A stretch of 64,000 nt of DNA, taken from contig CALSCP010001329.1 of the NCBI GenBank assembly GCA_943704425.1, positions 27,755 through 91,754 on the forward strand, read 5' to 3'. Every line of letters begins with the position of its first letter. Within the stretch, counting starts at the first letter, position 1. Both the position numbers and the translations under genes were made by a program. The notes beneath the pieces were generated by a model, which saw only the letters and a list, made by a program, of their open reading frames with translations, did not search any database and had not been told where the DNA came from. Shown one piece after another: positions 14,002 through 27,053 of the stretch. Origin of the DNA: Ministeria vibrans ATCC 50519. Its lineage: Eukaryota > Protista > Filasterea.

Positions 14002-14835
14002 TCATGTCGGGAGAGCTGTGCCAATGCGGTCCCCTGCAAAAAATTGAAGATTATTTTTAATTTTGGAAATGGTTTTGTTTGTGCTACGAACCCATTCGCA
14101 CAAGCGACTCAATAGCCCGACTGCTGGTGTCCAAGAGGTCGGAATCAAAGAGAACACGATTGGGCTGGAACACAACGAGAATGGTGGAGCCGCCAAAGGC
14201 AAAGTAGCCGTGCTCGTCGCCCTTGCGCACGGTCGACCCCACAGCCGATTCAGTGATGACAATAGAGCCAACCATGGTCGCGCCAATCGACACATAAAGC
14301 ACCTTGCCAAACACAGGCGACTCCAGCACAGCCACGTGCCGCTTGTTGTTGGTGTACACGTCAACTTACAAGGCAAATGCCATGGAAAGAAATGTGGAGT
14401 GAGTCAAAGCAAGCAGTGGATTCGTTTGAAATTCGAGCGTACTGGGTTCGCGCACCGCCATTGGATTGACCGTCATGAGAGCTCCATCAATGTCATACAT
14501 GTCAACAACCGTACCCGAGACGGGCCAGTGGAAGCGATGGTAGTCCTGCGGAGCCAGTCGGAAGATGGCAAGCGCACCGCCGTTAAACTCGCTAGCAAGT
14601 GCCGGACGTTGAGTCAACGACGCCAAGGTAAACTGTGATCCTTTGATCCACAGTGTCGTCGCGTCAGATATTCTAACAGTACGGTGAGAGAGGAGGAGAG
14701 AAAAAAAGAAAGAAAAATGAGAGAAAGAGAGAGGGAGAGAGAAAGAAACAAAGTGATAGAAAGAGGAGGTAGCAAGAACAAAGTGAAAGAGAGAGAGAGA
14801 GAGTTCAAGAGAGAGAGAGTTCAAGAGAGAGAGTT

Positions 14836-14896
<61 letters not shown>

Positions 14897-14983
14897 AAGA
14901 GAGAGAGAGAGAGAGTTCAAGAGTTCAAGAGAGAGAGTTCAAGAGTTCAAGAGAGAGAGTTCAAGAGTTCAAGAGAGAGAGTT

Positions 14984-15019
<36 letters not shown>

Positions 15020-15256
15020 TGTGTGTGTTTGTTTGTTGTTTGTGTGTGTGCGTGAGTCAATTATTTTCGAACGTTGCAAATGCGTTGCAGCGACAATCAG
15101 CCGCACTGACAACTACTGTGTCATCGTCTGCACCCGCAATCGGACGCGCACTCGGTTTCAACTTGCGATAGAAAAACTCATTAAAGGTCTTAAACGAGTT
15201 CACATCCTCCAACATTTCTAAGACAAGAAGAGATAATGAGCGAGAGAAAGAGAGAG

Positions 15257-15347
<91 letters not shown>

Positions 15348-15502
15348 AAGAGAGAGAGTTCAAGAGAGAGAGTTCAAGAGAGTTCAAGAGAGTTCAAGAG
15401 AGAGAGAGAGAGAGTTCAAGAGAGTTCAAGAGAGTTCAAGAGAGAGAGTTCAAGAGAGTTCAAGAGAGAGAGAGAGTTCAAGAGAGAGAGAGAGAGAGAG
15501 AG

Positions 15503-15557
<55 letters not shown>

Positions 15558-15688
15558 NNNNNNNNNNNNNNNNNNNNNNNNNNNNNNNNNNNNNNNNNNN
15601 NNNNNNNNNNNNNNNNNNNNNNNNNNNNNNNNNNNNNNNNNNNNNNNNNNNNNNNNNNNNNNNNNNNNNNNNNNNNNNNNNNNNNNNN

Positions 15689-15760
<72 letters not shown>

Positions 15761-17532
15761 AAAAGCGACAAAGAGAAACAAAGTGACAGAGGGAGAAACA
15801 CAGCGACGGAGAGAGTGACGCACCGTTGACATTGAGATTAAAATAGCGGATAAAGGGCGCAATGCGAGCGCGTGAGCGGGGGTCGTCAAAGGCACGTCCC
15901 TGTCGCTCTGACATGCGCTGCAGCACCCGCAGTGTCTGCTTCACTTTCAGCACCGACTCTCCAACGCGCGTCATGTACATCAGCCGAATTCCAACCTACA
16001 TTGTAACCGTTCATCATTTACTCTGTGTGCTGTCTGTGTTTGTTTCGTACCATTACAAAAGTGGCAATTTTCTCTTCAATGAGTGCTCCGGTGTGTCGGT
16101 TCTTGACGGTAATCACTCCATTTACATTTCGGTCCTAAGGCATGAAGCACAAAAGCACAGAATCAAAAAGTATGTCTCAACACATCACTCACGCAGAAAG
16201 ATACTAATTTATATCACTTTTTTTCTTTCTCCCTCCTCTCTCCCTCAGATTTGTACCACTGCCCTTCCAGCTGTGATGCGCTTTGAAAAGCGAGCGAGCC
16301 ATCCGCGCACCACACTGGCTTCGCTGACATGCGTCTCGGCAATCAGTCCTGCGTTCGCCTCGTTCGATGCGCCAAAAACCAGTGCTAGTACCGCAGAGTT
16401 GTTGAGCATGTCCCGCTGGTTGCCCGACGATAGAATGTCGTACACCTGTTTCGCAATAATTAAATAAAATGACATTAAATGACTTCTTCTTGCGTACTTC
16501 ATCGTAGGAGAATCTCTTGTCGGGGCACTGCGCGCAGCTCTTGTCCAAGTGACTTGCGTCAAGTGGGTACCCAACGTAGTCAAAGAAGGTCTCAACCTCT
16601 TCACGTGTCAGCTCACCCGGCTCCTCCTCAGAGCCCCACTGCCCCCAAACCAAACAAAACACCGCACGTCAGTCGTTTCGTGTTCCACAATCTGAATGTG
16701 TTTTGACGTACGTCTTTGATGACGGCCTTCCAGGCCTCGCGCTCAACTTGTGAGAGGGGAACATTTTCGACGCGCAGATGCAGTCGCGGCACACCACTGT
16801 CGGCGTCGTGGTCGATTGCATCGGCATCGGCATCGTACTCGTCCAGCGATTCAATGGCATACCCACCCTTGAGCATGGGCAGCCAAAATTCGCGCTCGGT
16901 CGACGGTTTGTCGACGAAGGAGAAGCGACGCAGAAGCGGCTGTGCGGTGCTCGGATGCTGCAAAAACAAGCGAGCAGACGCAGTGCACGACGCCAGCTCC
17001 ACATTGCGCGACACCTTCTTGCCATACACTGAAAACTTGACCTGGAAGTCCTCTTCGCCCTCGAGCACCACGCTAAGCAGCGTAACACGTCAGAAGGACA
17101 CAATAAACAAACATTCTCAGCGTACACATTGAAACTCTGTGAAAAGTCAAAGCGCTCGTCGTCGAGGGCCACGGCACGCGTACGAATCACATTCCAGCTG
17201 AAGGAGACAACAGCAAATGCGTGCATCCACACAAGCGTGAGCTGCGAGCCGCGCCGTGTGTGCAGACTGCGTCGCCATATCTCAAACACAATTGCCGTCA
17301 GCACAGCGGCCACCGTGTAAAAGCGAGTCGCGTCGGTCGTCGAGCCAAACACAATGGCAGCACACCAGAGGATGATGTATGCCAGGACAAACGAGGCAAC
17401 GAGGAGGTGTCCAGCGCGCAGTCCTTTCCCCGGCGTCAGTCCGGTCCCTTCGATCACAGTGAATTTGAGAACTCCTGCCATCTTTCTGCGCTCGCCTCCC
17501 GCGAGCCTCCCTCGGTCAAACGTGGCAGACAT
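14002..17532 (-). CDS. PSD2: Phosphatidylserine decarboxylase proenzyme, PSD2 type (C2 domain, EF-hand-like region, catalytic domain)
   Basis: Multi-exon gene. Motifs IFRLAPQDYHRFHWPV, IGATMVGSI, GYFAFGGSTI (GG/ST autocleavage site), FNEFFYRKLK and ADCRCNAFA. Confidence 0.9.
14690..15760 (+). repeat. Compound (AG)n / GAGTTCAA microsatellite arrays flanking a PSD2 exon; includes an N-gap
   Basis: Repeated GAGTTCAA units spaced by variable (AG)n at ~14800-14990 and ~15345-15485. Confidence 0.9.
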
Positions 17533-17908
17533 GTCGCCAAGGAAGATTTGTTGTTTTTAAATAAATGTGTGTCTGCGGAATGACTGGGTCTCACACGGGA
17601 GTGTGGTGAGGACGTGTCACTCAGTCACACTGACCAACCAATTCAAGTAATTACTCGAGTCAGAATTGAGAATGCCTGCCAGACCGCCACTCGTTCGCAG
17701 ATAAATCGCAGTGCTCAGAATGACGAATTGGCAAGTCTAGGCGAGACACTGGATGCGCTTCAGCGCAGTTTATTAGTATTATTACTTTATTAGTATTATT
17801 ATTATTATTACAGCTCTCAATTCTCTATTAATTTTATTTTCTTATTATTAGTATTCTTATTCTTATTATTAGTATTATTCCTACTTCTATTCCTAAAATT
17901 ATAAACTT

Positions 17909-20391
17909 TTATTGGTTCTTTTGCGCCTTGTACTGCGCCGACATCATCTTCATCACCTCTCCTTGCGGCATCCCCGGATGAGCCCGTTTCAGTTCTCCCA
18001 TGTGCTCTTTCATGTACAGTGCAAAGGCATTTGGCGGGCGACTTTTGCGCACTGAGCCATCTGCATTCAGTGAAGGCTATAATACAGATGTGCATTAGTA
18101 TTATTTGTACGTCATCATTATTGTTGTTCGTTTGTACAAGTAGTGTCAGACGACCGCCACAAGGACACCCTTGGCGCTCAACATTAATGGACTTGCTGTG
18201 GCGAGGGAAGATCTTGAGGCAGCCGCCACACTGGTACTGATACTTGTAGGCAATGTCGTATGAGTGGCACGTCGCAATGCTCAGGTGTGGGTAGTGGCGC
18301 ATGGCACGCGCCGCCCACGTCTTGAAGAGCGGTCCGTGCGGCGGCTTGCTCGAGTGGTTGATGAGCCAGGCGGCGACATGACACATCTCGTGACACAGAG
18401 TGTTTTGAAGCTTCTCGCGCGCATCAATAACTTTGGTACTCAGTTCAATCGAGGCAGAGTAGACATCAAGACGGCGACGCAGTTTTGCCTGGCCCGCCGT
18501 CTTGTTAAGCTTCTTGTTCCACACAATGCTAAGAGACGCCGGCAGTGCGCCCCCAAACACCGTATGGTTGTACTGGGCATAGAGTGCGCGCGCCTCCACT
18601 TCGCGCGTGCGAGCAAAGGCGCGTATCGCAGCCGAGGGCGTAGCCGTCCCCTTGGGTGTCGGCTGGGTCCACGCAGGCAGTGCATTGTCGGTAGTGTACG
18701 CTGGGGTGGCTGGCGGTGTGCGCGGCTCTACGACGGGTGCGGGGGGTGTCACACAGTCTGTAAAGCTCTCGTTGGCATCCGTGAACACATCCGAATCAGA
18801 GTCTGACTGCTTAGTCGCATCCTCATCCTCATCGTCATCGCTGAGAATCGAGTCATCCAGACTGGAGCAACTGTGTACATCATCATCTTCGTCCGTCACA
18901 AAGCCCTCTACCGTCCCATCGAGCTCACTGTCATTGTCCTCTTCGCTCGACGAGTCCACCACAATGCGTCGTCGTCGCACTCCACTTGCTCCCCCTCGAC
19001 GTACCCCAACACTCTCACTCTCACTCTCGTCACTTTCATCAGACACGTTTTCCAGTGCCGTAATAAGCGATACTCCTAAGCGACGAAAAAAAAAAAACAA
19101 AAAAAAAAAANNNNNNNNNNCCCCATGTCACTCACACAGTCACACATGCAAACACCTTCTTCTGTCCTTACCCCTTTAAATAATTAGTGTCGTTCTCACC
19201 GGGTCGCGCGGTGGTCATGAGCATCGACCGGCGTCCACGCGCAACGGGAACAACTGCATCTATGAATGTTAAAAAAAAGAAGAAAACAAAAACAAAGCAC
19301 TCAAAGTGAGTGCAGAGATACCACACATACAGTGCATCTTACGTGGCGAGCTAGCACCTTCGTCAATGACTTCACACACACCATCATCGGTTGAGTCTCT
19401 TTCCTCTCCATCAAAATCCTCCTCCTCCTCCTCCTCTTCCTCCTCCTCATCTTCTGCTTCCCAATCCCGCCCCCCTTCAGCGTGTCCATACGCATCTTCG
19501 TCTTCATCGTCCTGCACGACAAACGACAGGTCCTCCTCGTCGGCGTCGTCATAGTCGTCTTCGTCGTCCTCACTCCCTAACGTATCTACAAGCACAATAA
19601 AAAAAAGAAAAAAAAAACAAAAAGAAAGAGAAGGATACACTACATCAATCACACACCGCGCAAACCTGTGTGCCCTACCTCCATCTTCAGGCTCGCTCTC
19701 TATCGCTCCTTCTCCCTCCAACAACTCGTCGCCTTCCTCCGCTTCGTCAGAATGCACGGACCCTGCCAACTCAAGCTCACCGCCTGTCACAGACCAATTT
19801 CGTTACGACATAACAAAAAAACCCCCGTTAAACCCTTTGTTCACACGTACCAACCGTACACGCGTCGTAATGGTTTAAAATGGGCCCTTGCGGACCGTCA
19901 TCATCATCATCATCGACAAACTGACATCCTTTCAACAGGTTTGCCAGTTCGTCCGCACGCTCGCCATTCTCCCCTGCCGTTCCTTCCATTGCGTCCGTCT
20001 CAATTCCATCATGAATAGCCACAGATTCCATTGCGGCCGCAATCGAAGCAACCTCGTCCGTCGCGAAACAATCACTGGTGTCCGCAGCCTTAGCCAGTGG
20101 GGCGTCAGTCAGCGCCTCCTCCTCTTCGTCGCTGCTGTCGACAACACGACGACTCCGAGGTCGCACTCGTCCGGCCAGTGGCGAACACTCATTGTTCTCC
20201 TCCTCATGCTCAACGATCTCTTCGGACTCTGCAGTATTTGTCTGTGAGGGTTTGAATGTCAATAAGTTGAACGAACGCAATTTTTTGAAAAGAGCGCAAA
20301 CCTGGTCGTGATCGCCGTTCGGTACCATTTCACGGCTCCTGCTGCTGCTTGCCGAGTTTTCTTTGTTACGTGCCTTCCACCGAGTGGGCAT
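17909..20391 (-). CDS. GCNA: GCNA/ACRC: acidic disordered N-terminus, SprT metalloprotease, Zn finger, HMG box
   Basis: WNKKLNKTAG, TLCHEMCHVAAW (HExxH), CHSYDIAYKYQYQC..C, and last exon PNAFALYMKEH...HPG (HMG box). Long D/E-rich exons upstream; N-gap at 19111-19120 lies in an intron. Confidence 0.88.
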
Positions 20392-20744
20392 GTACTTCTG
20401 TTGGAGCACCACCTTCGCCAGAGTCAGAGTCAGACACTCTCAGTCGCGGTGTTTCTTTTTGAAAAAGTTTCGCCAACCTCTTTGAATTTCCGTTGCATTG
20501 TCGGCTCATTCCACTTCCAGCGAGAAGAGGCTTCCGTAAACTGATTGCGTAGAGTCTCCAGCCGAGAGTTCATGCTGGGGAGCGTTCCGTAAGAGTGGGC
20601 TGAAAGGTAAAAAATATTAATGAGTTATGAACTATGAATGGTGACAATGATCAATTAGATTTGACACTTACTTTCTCTTTATACTCTCTCTCTCTCTTAC
20701 TTGCTCTCTGTCTGTGTATCTTTCTGACTGCTCAGACTTCCAGC

Positions 20745-21566
20745 ATGTCGAAAATGTCAACAGGGAAGCGCGCGGTGACGTCTTCGACAAGTTCGCCGTC
20801 GTCTGGTCGCCTTCGCCGGCCCTCCCGCCAGCTCTCCATGAGCGCCAACGTCGTCAACCAGATGCTGGGGCACCACCATCAAACCTCGCGCGTTGCCTTT
20901 CACGACGCAATTGTGAAACCGTAAACTCGAACCCCAAAATTGTTATTCTCATGGTTTTGAAAAAACTATCTTCCACTCCGTTCGTCTGCTGGACGCTTGT
21001 TTCCCTCTCGTTTCACCTCTCCATATGGGACTGTATGTTTCATTGCACCCTTTGCGCCCTGCTATTATCCCCTCAGTCCGACTGTGATCGAGAAATATTT
21101 ACGAGCCATAGCAACGTCATCAAACCTTTTTTTGGGGGGAAACACTCTTTGGATGTGTGTGAAGCAACCCTAGCCCTCCCCATTGCGCATTCTCCACGCC
21201 GTGCACGACTCTTCTTCTTTTCCTGTATTCTCGTCGATTACATATTGTAGTTATAATATCGTTTTCGCTTGAAAAAAACGACGCTTGTCAAACCTTGGCA
21301 CAAAAAAAAAAACGTCTCTGGTCGTTCGTTGTGTGTCTCCTTGTCCTCTTCCTCACCTGTTCTCCTCTCCTTTGGATGTATCTGTGTGCCCTTTGGAACA
21401 GACGGACGGACCGCAAGCCGGAGGACATTGACATCATTGCGTCGGAGCTGCGCAAACTCGAAGCGATGGGCAAGTTTGCCGATGAGCTCATGCCGGCCGT
21501 CGCGCAGGTTGCCGAGCTTGTGACGTACGGCAAGGACAAAGTGGGTACGTCGCAGTGTACACTATG

Positions 21567-21636
<70 letters not shown>

Positions 21637-21657
21637 ATGCGTGTGTGTGTATGGGTA

Positions 21658-21740
<83 letters not shown>

Positions 21741-24700
21741 CAAGACACATTGTGTTAATCTGTTTGTGGGTGCAGTCTTTGAGATTGGTGACCAAGGCAC
21801 CGCATTCTACGTGATTGCCAGCGGATCAGCCGCGGTCGCCGTGCCGTCGCGTACCGACCCCAAGAGTGAGACAGTCGTGTGTTGTCTGTTCTCGGGTCAC
21901 GGTTTTGGCGATGTCGCTCTGATCAACAGCAAGCCGCGCAATGCGACTGTGCGCAGCCGCGAGTCGTCTCAGTTTGTGCGCATTCTCAAAGATGATTTCC
22001 TCAATATCTGGAAGAGGCAACGCGAAGTAAGCCATTGTGCATTGCGGACCTTTTTTTTCTTTTTTTCTAAACATACGTGCCGTATAGATTGAAGAAGAGG
22101 CGGAGAATGCGACGACGAAACAAGCGTCGGAGCGAGGGGCAGCACACGGTGTGAAGGAGCCGTCGGCGCGCGTATCACAGTTGCTAACCGTGCCAGGGGG
22201 TCCCACAGGCAGTCCCAAGCCGGGGCTGAAGCGCGTCTCGTCGGCTGTGTCCGTTTGTTCGTTTGAGGGCGACACTGCCGACGAGGCAGGCTCGTCAAAG
22301 CAGGACCAGAGTCCTAATGCGTCCATGGCGAGCATCGACTCGGTTCTGTCATCCCTTCGCAAAGAGTAACAAAAAAAAGCACATTAATTATTCGTATGTT
22401 TGTCTTGTTTTTTGTATGGTGTTTGTACTCTTTGATGTATTCATTTGGCTTTTTATGTGTATCTGACTATTTATTTGGCATTTGTGTGTATCTGATTATT
22501 TATGTGACATTTTATGTGTGTCTGACTTGTGTGGACTTGTTTAGACCGACCAAACGCGATGCGGAGGACATTGCGAACATTTTCAATGACATTATGCAGC
22601 TCAAGTCCATGTTTCACTTGTCTGCGTCCATCCGCAGACAGCTGGCGGCCGTGGTGGTTTTGGTTGAAGTACCGAATGCGGAGCACATTGGTACGTGGGG
22701 AGAAACACAGAGTGAAAATGATAATGGAGATAATCTGACGCGCTGTTTTCTTCTCTCCCGCTTAGTGTTTGAGCAGGGCGATCAAGGCGAAACGTGGTAT
22801 GTGATTCTGCGAGGCTCAGTGGATGTGGTTGTGAACGGCGTCAACGTGTGCACTCTGCGCGAGGGCGATGGTTTTGGCGAACTCAGTGTCATCAGCAACG
22901 ACCCTCGGTACGCGAGTATCATTTTTCCCCTCTCTTTCTCATGTGGTGTGTGTGTGTGTGTGTGTGTAGATCTGCAACCATCGTGACTGGTGAGCCTGGC
23001 TGTCAATTTGTCACGGTGCAGGCGAATGATTACAAGCGCATTCTGAAAGACTTGGAGGAGAAGACAGTGCGTTTAATGGAGCACGATAAGGTCACCATGA
23101 TCATGGAGCGCCTTAGCTTTGGTGTCGGAAAGGAAGGGTAATGTTCAGTGTTCGACACACTCTTTTTTTTGTGTATCTGGGACTATGTGTGTGTGTGTGT
23201 CTATCTCTCTCTATCTGTGACTGTGACTGTGTGTATGTGTGTTTGTAACTCACTGGCTGTGCGCATGTTAGGTACATTGTGATGGCTGGAACACCAGAAA
23301 AACTGACAGAGCACCTTGAGAAGGAGCATGAAGCCGGTGAGTTGTTGTGGTGGTGTGTTTATTTTTGCGTTGTCTTGTCTTATTCAGTTCTTTTTCTACC
23401 AAACTGCACAGACCCAAAGTACCTTCGGGACTTTTTACTGACGTTCCGGGCGTTTATGGAGCCATCAGCGCTGTGGAGGCATTTGATGGCGTCATTCTAC
23501 TACGAACCGCCGGTTGCCAGCACCGTCGACAATGTTGATCATGTTCTGCGCAACCAGCGCGACCGACAGGCCAAGTACACAGTGTTTGTGTTGGGACTGT
23601 GGGTCACTGTTTCGTGTGGGTGCATATATCTGTGTGACTGATGCCTCTGGGTCTTGGTGTAGGGTTGTCGTCGTCATTTACGAGTGGATGAATTGCTTTA
23701 TTGAGGATTTTGACGATGATTTGGAGCTGCAGGTGAAACAGTTTGATTGGACACTCTGTCTTTCCACTCATATCAACTTTGTGGTTTTTTAGGAGAATCT
23801 CATCAAGTTTGTCGAGTCGTTAAGGCAAGAGAAACTGGAGGATGATCTCGACCAGTTTCTGTCTGAGATGGAAGACGCAGTCAAAGACGACGGACAGAAA
23901 GCGACGAGGTACGAGCGACACAATATTCAAAATGGGATTCGCGCACAGCTCACACCCACTTGTTTGATTGTCTGTTTAGTGAGATGATGAAGAATGAAAA
24001 TCAGTATCAGGCGCAGGTGAGTAACTCGATGAAATATGTCTCTGTAGTACGCGATTTCACATTCTTCTTTTCGTGCAGTTGCGCGCCTCGTTCTTCCGCA
24101 AACTCTCCGAACTCTCTGTGGGTCTTACGTCCAGTGATTCCCTCTCTCGCAAATCAATTTCTGCTCCCAATGTGACACAAGAACTTGGTATACGACGAAG
24201 AGAAAACGCAATGAGAGATTTTATTAGTTCCTTTTGCCTCGTTTCTCTATCTCTTTTGTTTTTTTTTTTCACTCTCTCTCTCACTCTCTCTCACTCTCTC
24301 GCTTGCTTTGCAGAGCGCATCAAAGTATACCTAAGCGACGAGAGCTACAAGACACTGGCAGTGCTGAGCAACACGCCCGCACGGGAGATCATCCAGTTGG
24401 CCCTTGAGAAATTTCATGTTACAGACAAGTCTGTCAAGTGGAATCTCTGCGAAGTCCGTTCCGACGGTGGTACAGAGAATTTTTAGTGCGCTCGTTGGTC
24501 GAAACAAGACCTTTCCCTCTGATACTATTCCTTTCCGTAGCGGTGATTGTTCTTGCCGACACAGACTGCAGTCTAGGCGCGCGTCTGGGCCTCAACAGTC
24601 GTTACTATCTGCGTCACGAAGGCCAAGTGGAAATTGCTCTCCCCGCAAAATCGTACGCATAGCCACTGACACACTGACGCACTGAAAACGCACACTCTTT

Positions 24701-26074
24701 CTTCTTGCTCGTGTAGCTTTTCTGTTGAACAGCGTGTGGGACAGGCGTTTGTCGAGCTGGATGTGCGCGAAGTGACGCGGCAGCTGACACTGACTGACTT
24801 TGAAATGTACTCCAAGATTGATCCCACCGAGTACATCTACCACATCTTCAAAAAGGGCGACGGTTCGCGCTCCGTCAACCTCACTGCCTTTTCCAACCGC
24901 TTCAACGAGGTACATCATTGTTTCTCCCTTTCTCAATCACGTTGTTTCTTTTTTCACTCTTCTTTACCTCTTCTCTACCTCTCTCTACCTCTCTCTATCT
25001 CTCTCTACCTCTCTCTACCTCTTCTCTACCTCCCTCCCACGCACAACACAGATACATACACGCTAACTATATTAATTTTATTATTAGATTATGTATTGGG
25101 TTGCGACTGAGATCCTTGTGTGCTCGTCGATGCAGAAGCGCGCGCTGACCATCAAGCGCTTCATCAAGCTCGCTATCTGCCTGCGCACTGTCAACAACTT
25201 CAATGCTCTCTTTGCTATTCTCAGTGGTCTTGCTAATGTCGCTGTCAGTCGTTTGAAGCTCACATGGGAGGTAATACCGTACAAATCTTTGTTGTTCCTG
25301 TTTTTCATCTTTTCTCACTCTCTCCATCTTATGGTTTCTCACTTTCTCACTCACTCACTTGCTTTCCTTCTCTCTATCACTTTGTTTCTTTCTTCTCTCT
25401 TTCTATCACTTTGTTTCTTTCTCCTCCCTCTCCCTCTCCCTCTCTCTCTCTCCAGCGCGTTCCTGCCAAGTACGCAGGGAAACTGGAGGAACTTCAATCG
25501 GGCATGGATCCGTCGCGCAATATGCGCAACTACCGTATGATGTTTAGTGCGGCCGAGCCTCCTATGATTCCATTCTTCCGTAATGCTGAAACATCCCATC
25601 TTACTCATTTCACTCTCGACTGGTCCTGACCCACCACTATCCTACAACTTCTTTTCAGCGGTTCTCATGAAAGACTTGACGTTTATCCACGAGGGCAACA
25701 AGAGCAAGCAGGAAGGGCTGGTGAACTACGACAAGCTGCGGATGATTGCCAAATCCGTTGACCAGGCAACGAAGGCGCAGCAAACGCCGTACCGTCGCGA
25801 ACAGTTGCTCATCGAGGAGGAGAATGGTACCATTGGAGCTCTTCTGGGCGGAAAGTCCTTCCGGAATACATTGCGAGCAGGTCGACAGAAGCGGGTGCCA
25901 CCAGAGATGGGCGAGGTAATGCAGTTTACTCTCGCTCTTTTGTGCATCGCCTAATCATCTACGTAGGAGGCAAAGCGAGTACGCAAATCGCTTGCCGCAT
26001 TGCACGTTCTTGACGACCAGCGCATGTTGGGGCGGCTGTCGCGCGACGCCGAACCTCCTGCGTCGTCTCATTGA
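20745..26074 (+). CDS. cAMP-regulated Rap guanine nucleotide exchange factor (Epac-like): 2x CNB, REM, RA, CDC25 domains
   Basis: Many GT-AG introns. CNB motifs [17 protein letters not shown] and [17 protein letters not shown]; GTPEKL and DFLLTFRAF (REM); [11 protein letters not shown] and [17 protein letters not shown] (RasGEF). Confidence 0.88.
21568..21738 (+). repeat. (TG)n microsatellite in an Epac intron
   Basis: Seen directly. Confidence 0.95.
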
Positions 26075-26214
26075 CGGCCATTCTCGATTAATTTAAATAC
26101 CACGCTTCTTCTTCGCAATGAAAGTATACCCATCCCAATGCACAGAGAGACGCTCCCCACCGGATTTGAGAAAGAAAAAGAAGAAAAAAGAGTGCAATAG
26201 AACAATCAGGTCAA

Positions 26215-27013
26215 TCAGATGTCGAGAAGAAGACGACGGGGATCAGAGACTGCGTCGCAGATGGCCTTGAGAGCAGTAACAGCCTCACGTCCATCGATGA
26301 TGCGATGGTCGTACGTGAGCGCGACGTACATCATCGGACGGATCTCAACCTACACACACATTCATATACAAGGGGGTGTTGTGTGAGAGTTGGTTAATTG
26401 ATTCGTTTATGACACTCTACCTTTCCGTTGATGGCGACGGGACGTTCCTTGATGCCGTGCATGCCGAGAATGGCCGACTGGGGCGGGTTGAGGATAGGCG
26501 TGCCCATGAGCGAGCCGTAGACACCACCGTTGGAAATGCTAAAGGTGCCACCGCTCATGTCTTCCAGAGCCAGTTTGCCTGCGCGAGCCTGTCCAAATTG
26601 TGTGTATGTGAAGTGTGAGACAATGAGGAAACACAACGGTGCTTCAACAACGTTTTTACCTTCTCGCCCATTGCGGCAATACCCTTCTCGACGTCGGCAA
26701 AGGACATGTCCTGGCAGTTGCGCAGCACTGGCACGACGAGTCCCTTGGGCGTCGCCACCGCCACACTCACGTCAATGTAGTCACGGTACACAATCTCATC
26801 GCCGTCAATCACTAGGCAGCAACAACACGTGAATACAAAACAACAGGCTTCAAGAAACATGAGTCTTACCAGCGTTGACAGCAGGGACCTGCTGAAGGGC
26901 AGCCACGCTTGCCTTGACAAATGCAGACATGAAGCCAAACTTGATGCCGTGCTTCTTCTCGAACGTTGCCTTGTGCTCGTTTCGCATGGCCATCAGTCCA
27001 CTAAGAAAGAAAT

Positions 27014-27053
<40 letters not shown>

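Noticed and set aside
14366-15980. SLSL/RERE ORFs, and the TTCAAGAGA shRNA-loop-like word as vector contamination or a CRISPR-like array
   Set aside because: These are translations of microsatellites. The spacers are only (AG)n, with no stems and no unique spacers.
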